Source of the DNA: Flavobacteriales bacterium | GTDB taxonomy: Bacteria > Bacteroidota > Bacteroidia > Flavobacteriales_F > PHOS-HE28 | Direction of reading: 5' to 3' | Length of the DNA: 64,000 bases | NCBI GenBank assembly: GCA_016705955.1 | Contig: JADJKO010000006.1 | Coordinates: 195,817-259,816, forward strand | Shown: positions 61,101 to 64,000 of the stretch, piece after piece | Position numbering within the stretch: the stretch's first letter is position 1 | Layout: each line of letters begins with the position of its first letter | Notes under the pieces: model-generated | What the model was told of the DNA's origin: nothing | The model's input: the letters and a program-made list of their open reading frames with translations, nothing else | The model's database searches: none | Position numbers and translations under genes: made by a program

Positions 61101-63200
61101 GCTGGAAACGGATGAAGCCGCCTCCGACCGTGTTGTACGCCAAGGTCTGCGCTGCGCGGATCCCGTTCCCATTGAAGTAGAGTGCGCTACCCGTGAAGCT
61201 GCCGCACGCGGAACTGATGGCCCCGCCTTGGACTGCGGTCCAGATAGGCCCCGGAGGTGCATCGAAGTCATCCCTGGCGATGGTGCGCAACACGCGACTG
61301 CTCAATTGGGTGCTGTTCCCAGCGCATACCGTGGTGGTCTGTGCCGATACCTGCAGATCCGCGATCACACCGGGTTGAACGGTCACCAGGATGCTGTCGA
61401 TCAACTCCCCGCAACCGGTCGGACTGGAAACGTGAACCTTATACCATGTGGTTGCCAGCGGTGTCGCGATGGGTGCTGTGGAGTTCGGATCATCGAGCGA
61501 CGAAGCCGGACCCCATTCAACATCGAACCAGGCGGGTGAGGGTGGTGGCACAAGTCCTAGTTGAACGCCCTCGTACTGGCACACATTGATCGTGGGTGAT
61601 CCGTTCGCGGTGAGCAGCGTCGGAATGGTCAACGGCATGCCTACATGGTAGGTGAACGAACGGGGGCAGCCGCTCACAGGTAATTGACCGATCACGGTGT
61701 AGCTCTCACTTTGGGTCGGCGAAATGGTGATGGAGTTGCCCGCAGCGATGGAAACGCCAGGCGCGCTGACCGTGTACCAGAGTGCATTGCTCAATGGCTC
61801 AGGACTGTTCAACGTGATAGGTCCCCCGCCGCACACAACGGAATCCTGCGAAGACGTTGCCACCCCGATGTCATGCACGGAAGCCGCGTAACTCTCGCCG
61901 AAGCCCAGACCGAACATATAGGCTTGGAATCCGGCGCTGCATTGAAGTCTATGTACTCCTTGCGTCACCGGGATCTTCGCGTACTTCCGATCCGTGCATC
62001 CCACATAGGACTGGAAAAGCGCACTGTTCACCGCAACGCCGTCCAATTGCAATTGGGCCACCGCTGCGGTCGGCACCACCACACTGATGCTATGGCTGTT
62101 GATCTGTGCACTGCTCGGGGTGTGGAACGAAGCTTGGTGGAGGTCCGTTGGACCGGTGAGAGCAGGAAGAGCGAAGGATCCCCATTGCCAGCACAACTGA
62201 AGCCTTCGAGGATCTGCGCCACACTCACCGGCAAGTTGGCATCAATGCATACCGGGGTGGTCGCTCCATTCACCTCGTAGCGCTGCCCGGCATTGAGCAG
62301 GATCGGCGCACCACCACCAATGGTGACCTGTGTACCGTCCTGGTGTGCGAGTACGCGATAGGTTCCACTCGTGGTCCCGTTCACCGGTACCGTGAAATAG
62401 CGCGTTCCCCATGTGTTCACCGGAATGCATTGCTCGAAGATGTGATCACAGGCAGAGCAGGCCCCCGGTGCGGTTGCACACATGCTTCCTCCGAAAACCG
62501 CGAACGGTCGGCAAGGCCCACTGGTACTGGTTGCTTGCACCAGCGTGCCGGTGAGGTCGAGCGCATCCGTTGCCGCCTGTACTTGATAGGTCTGCCCGGC
62601 ATCCAGGTTCACCGTGAATGGCGTTCCTGCCGGAAATCCACCTGCCGCGTTCACCGAAGGGGTGATCTGCACTTGCGTTCCATCCGCAGTGGCCACCACC
62701 ATCAATTCGCTTTTGTGCAGGTTGTTGAAGTTCGGAAGTCCTTGGTAAGCATCTACCCGATACACAGTACCCAAACTGTATTCGGGCAGGACCTGGGACA
62801 GGTCATGCGTGTAGTTCTGGAAGCTGCTGATGAAGACGTTCACACTATCCTGGCTCTGCACCAGAAAGCCTTTGTTCTGGACCGAACCGCTACCACTATT
62901 CTCCGCAGAAAGCGGCAGGTCGATCACGGTCACGCCATTGGCCGCAACGCTGAAGGAGAAGCTCCAGCCCGTGAGCGGAATGCTCACCGTACCGTTCGTC
63001 GCGGTGGTGGAAACCACATGGACCTTCAGGGTCTGTGCGCCGAAGCCATTCTGCATGAAGCTGGCCCAGAAACGCTTGCCACGTGTGGGAAGCACGGTCG
63101 GATCCTGCGCGATCACTGTGCATGAGAACGCCGCTAGGAACAACGCGAAGGCGATGCGGTATGGCGACGTGTTGAGCGGCCGGTATGGGCTATGACACAT
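58189..63200 (-). CDS. giant gliding-motility/T9SS type-B (CHU_C) adhesin with N-terminal IgGFc-binding-like domain and multiple Ig/PKD-like repeats; apparent -1 frameshift near 62143-62147
   Basis: The C-terminus, IFIPNTFTPNGDGVNDYF...VWHMTYTFFTDKDG, is the gliding-motility-associated C-terminal domain. There are more than 15 repeats of the CxxxxxLNAGNxGSTYLWSTGATTQSI...SGTYSVTVTN type. The N-terminal signal peptide and IgGFc_binding-like fold (GKRFWASFMQN..., DPSLFLLSPVQ) are in track ORF 62028-63200. That ORF joins ORF 58189-62196 if one G is added (SPVQRDLHQASFHTP). The total is about 1670 aa. Confidence 0.8.
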
Positions 63201-63291
63201 TCATCGGTCCACCGAAGAGCGGGGCGGTGGCGGGCCTTGTACGCTTGCGCGACCTCAAGGTTCTGGTATCGCCAAAGCCCGGATCGCTGCG

Positions 63292-64000
63292 TCAACGACC
63301 GGGGAGATCCCAATCGATCCCGAGGTCCCAAGCGGCGCGCACGTTCACCGTCTCCGGGTACCACCAAACACGTTCCGGCTGCCGCAGAGCGCTCCATTGA
63401 CCGGCGTCCCAGCGACCGCTCCGATCCACATCCTCAATGATGCGCACGTCATGGTTCCCCGGTGCGAGTTGCTCCCAGACGATCGGGTCCCAGGAGTCGT
63501 TCATGGTCGCACTTCGGACCACACGGCCTTGCTGATCCATCAACTCGACGATCAATTGCCCTTGTACCGGGGCTACGGTGTGAACCTTGACGCGTAAAGT
63601 ACCGGTTGCCTGTTCAGCAGCGCGCCCCAGCCCGATACGGAGCGTATCGTTCCATGCGTTATTGCGATCGCGAACGGATCTGGGCAGAAGGGTGAGCACT
63701 GCGCTCCTTCCCGGTTGCAGGTCGGTAACCAGGAGTAGCTGGCGATCATGATCGGGATCGCGCGTCAATTGGAACGGTAACAAGAGCGAGTCGGACCGGA
63801 GCGTCATCCTTGTCGAGTCGAAGGAGACCAAGGGGCGTGACGCTTCCAACACGACCCTTGTGGTCGCTGCGTACTCCAGCTGCGCAACACTTACGTTCAC
63901 ATTGAATGGCATGGGTTTCAGCGGGCGGTAGCGCAACGTGTCCAACGCGCCCTCCTCGGTCATCAATTCGTAACGGCCGTCCCTTAATGTGGTGGTATCC
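63292..64000 (-). CDS. hypothetical protein, C-terminal part (5' end beyond window)
   Basis: The frame is open upstream of the track start at 63966 through to 64000 (DTTTLRDGRYEL|MTEEG...). It appears beta-rich, possibly with a C-terminal Ig-like fold. No family was assigned. Confidence 0.45.
   Translation of the reverse strand, partial: DTTTLRDGRYELMTEEGALDTLRYRPLKPMPFNVNVSVAQLEYAATTRVVLEASRPLVSFDSTRMTLRSDSLLLPFQLTRDPDHDRQLLLVTDLQPGRSAVLTLLPRSVRDRNNAWNDTLRIGLGRAAEQATGTLRVKVHTVAPVQGQLIVELMDQQGRVVRSATMNDSWDPIVWEQLAPGNHDVRIIEDVDRSGRWDAGQWSALRQPERVWWYPETVNVRAAWDLGIDWDLPGR

Noticed and set aside
58201-62280. Many 60-260-aa ORFs on the plus strand (for example 58834-59487, 61684-62280, 62343-63125)
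   Set aside because: All are antisense to the giant adhesin gene, whose repeat and domain structure is unambiguous.

Overview
This 64 kb window looks like a gene-dense chromosomal segment of a high-GC (about 60%) Bacteroidota/FCB-group genome. The evidence is several type IX secretion (T9SS) C-terminal sorting domains, a gliding-motility CHU_C adhesin, promoter motifs of the TAnnTTTG type, and no Shine-Dalgarno sequences. Most of it is housekeeping: uvrC, purD, purQ, metG, ispG, hemW, yebC, ldcA, rluB, yraN, sdhCAB, an acyl-CoA carboxyltransferase and a methionine-salvage aminotransferase/omega-amidase pair. Scattered among these are three sensor kinases, a NarL-type response regulator, an ECF sigma/anti-sigma pair, an AsmA-family protein, a CotH kinase with a lamin-tail domain (LTD), a CpcT-like protein and several T9SS cargo proteins (FG-GAP protein, LamG protein, a tiny CTD-only protein and a roughly 1670-aa adhesin). 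No rRNA, tRNA, CRISPR array, transposase or integrase was recognisable. Five observations stand out. (1) At 54994-56268 there is a lower-GC three-gene insertion (hypothetical protein, PIN nuclease, small basic protein) sitting between a decayed roughly 85-bp copy and the intact copy of the 5' end of the aminotransferase gene. This is the best candidate for an undescribed toxin/defence-like cassette. (2) At 13515-14386 there is an 870-bp non-coding island with about 16 tandem copies of a 21-bp unit, flanked by GC-rich palindromic elements. (3) At 17069-17292 there is a small hairpin-repeat element bounded by a 12-bp direct repeat. (4) At least six genes are interrupted by -1 frameshifts, each at a short homopolymer run. 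That pattern points to systematic assembly indel errors rather than pseudogenes, so the split ORFs were merged into single gene calls. (5) At 43905-44700 a TonB_C-domain gene has about 48% GC, clearly lower than its surroundings.
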